A stretch of 63,841 nucleotides of DNA, the filler included, from Vezdaea acicularis (taxonomy: Eukaryota): NCBI GenBank assembly GCA_026025075.1. It is 3 parts of 3 records of this genome, joined end to end, with 100 filler letters (N's around TTAATTAATTAA, not from the genome) between each part and the next. Parts side by side here need not be neighbours in the genome. Positions count along the whole stretch, not along the records: positions 48,716 to 63,841 come from JAPEUI010000225.1; 2 more parts are not named here. One strand, 5' to 3'. Position numbers and translations under genes: made by a program. The notes below the pieces were generated by a model. The model ran no database searches and had not been told where the DNA came from. It saw only the letters and a list, made by a program, of their open reading frames with translations. Position 1 is the first letter of the stretch. Each line of letters opens with the position of its first letter. Positions 63,718-63,841 of the stretch are shown in pieces.

Positions 63718-63841
63718 TTAGGGTTAGGGTTAGGGTTAGGGTTAGGGTTAGGGTTAGGGTTAGGGTTAGGGTTAGGGTTAGGGTTAGGGTTAGGGTTAGG
63801 GTTAGGGTTAGGGTTAGGGTTAGGGTTAGGGTTAGGGTTAG
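63718..63841 (+). repeat. Telomere (TTAGGG)n, right chromosome end
   Basis: 124 nt of perfect TTAGGG (about 20.7 units) running to the sequence end, G-rich strand oriented toward the end. Confidence 0.99.

Noticed and set aside
1..63841. tRNA, rRNA, transposon or CRISPR features
   Set aside because: None were recognised by eye: no cloverleaf boxes, transposase or RT motifs, terminal repeats or spacer arrays. A tRNAscan/Rfam run would be needed to exclude small RNAs.

Overview
Eukaryotic, intron-containing DNA from a filamentous ascomycete (Pezizomycotina-type genes and splice signals) that ends in a (TTAGGG)n telomere. It consists of three contigs joined by two artificial 100-nt linkers (N44-TTAATTAATTAA-N44), so adjacency across 24.5 kb and 48.6 kb is unproven. 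Contig 1 holds a partial P5C reductase, Ctk3, mitochondrial L12, a mitochondrial phosphate carrier, an EBP/EXPERA protein, a large Ser/Ala-rich repeat protein, Doa10, an amino-acid permease and the 3' end of nudE. Contig 2 holds the APSES regulator StuA, a frame-disrupted F-box-like gene, a DHX29-like helicase head-to-head with GCN1, and RPL19. Contig 3 holds a head-to-head pair of paralogous orphan 4-TM genes and a 1204-aa low-complexity protein ending about 1.2 kb from the telomere. The three best leads are: (1) a 719-nt AUG-free stretch with an in-frame CUG that could give StuA a 125-aa non-AUG N-terminal extension; (2) the divergent 4-TM paralog pair, which shares an intron position; (3) a possible spliced non-coding, snoRNA-host-like unit starting at the telomere junction. 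All gene identities come from motif recognition by eye; no searches were run.
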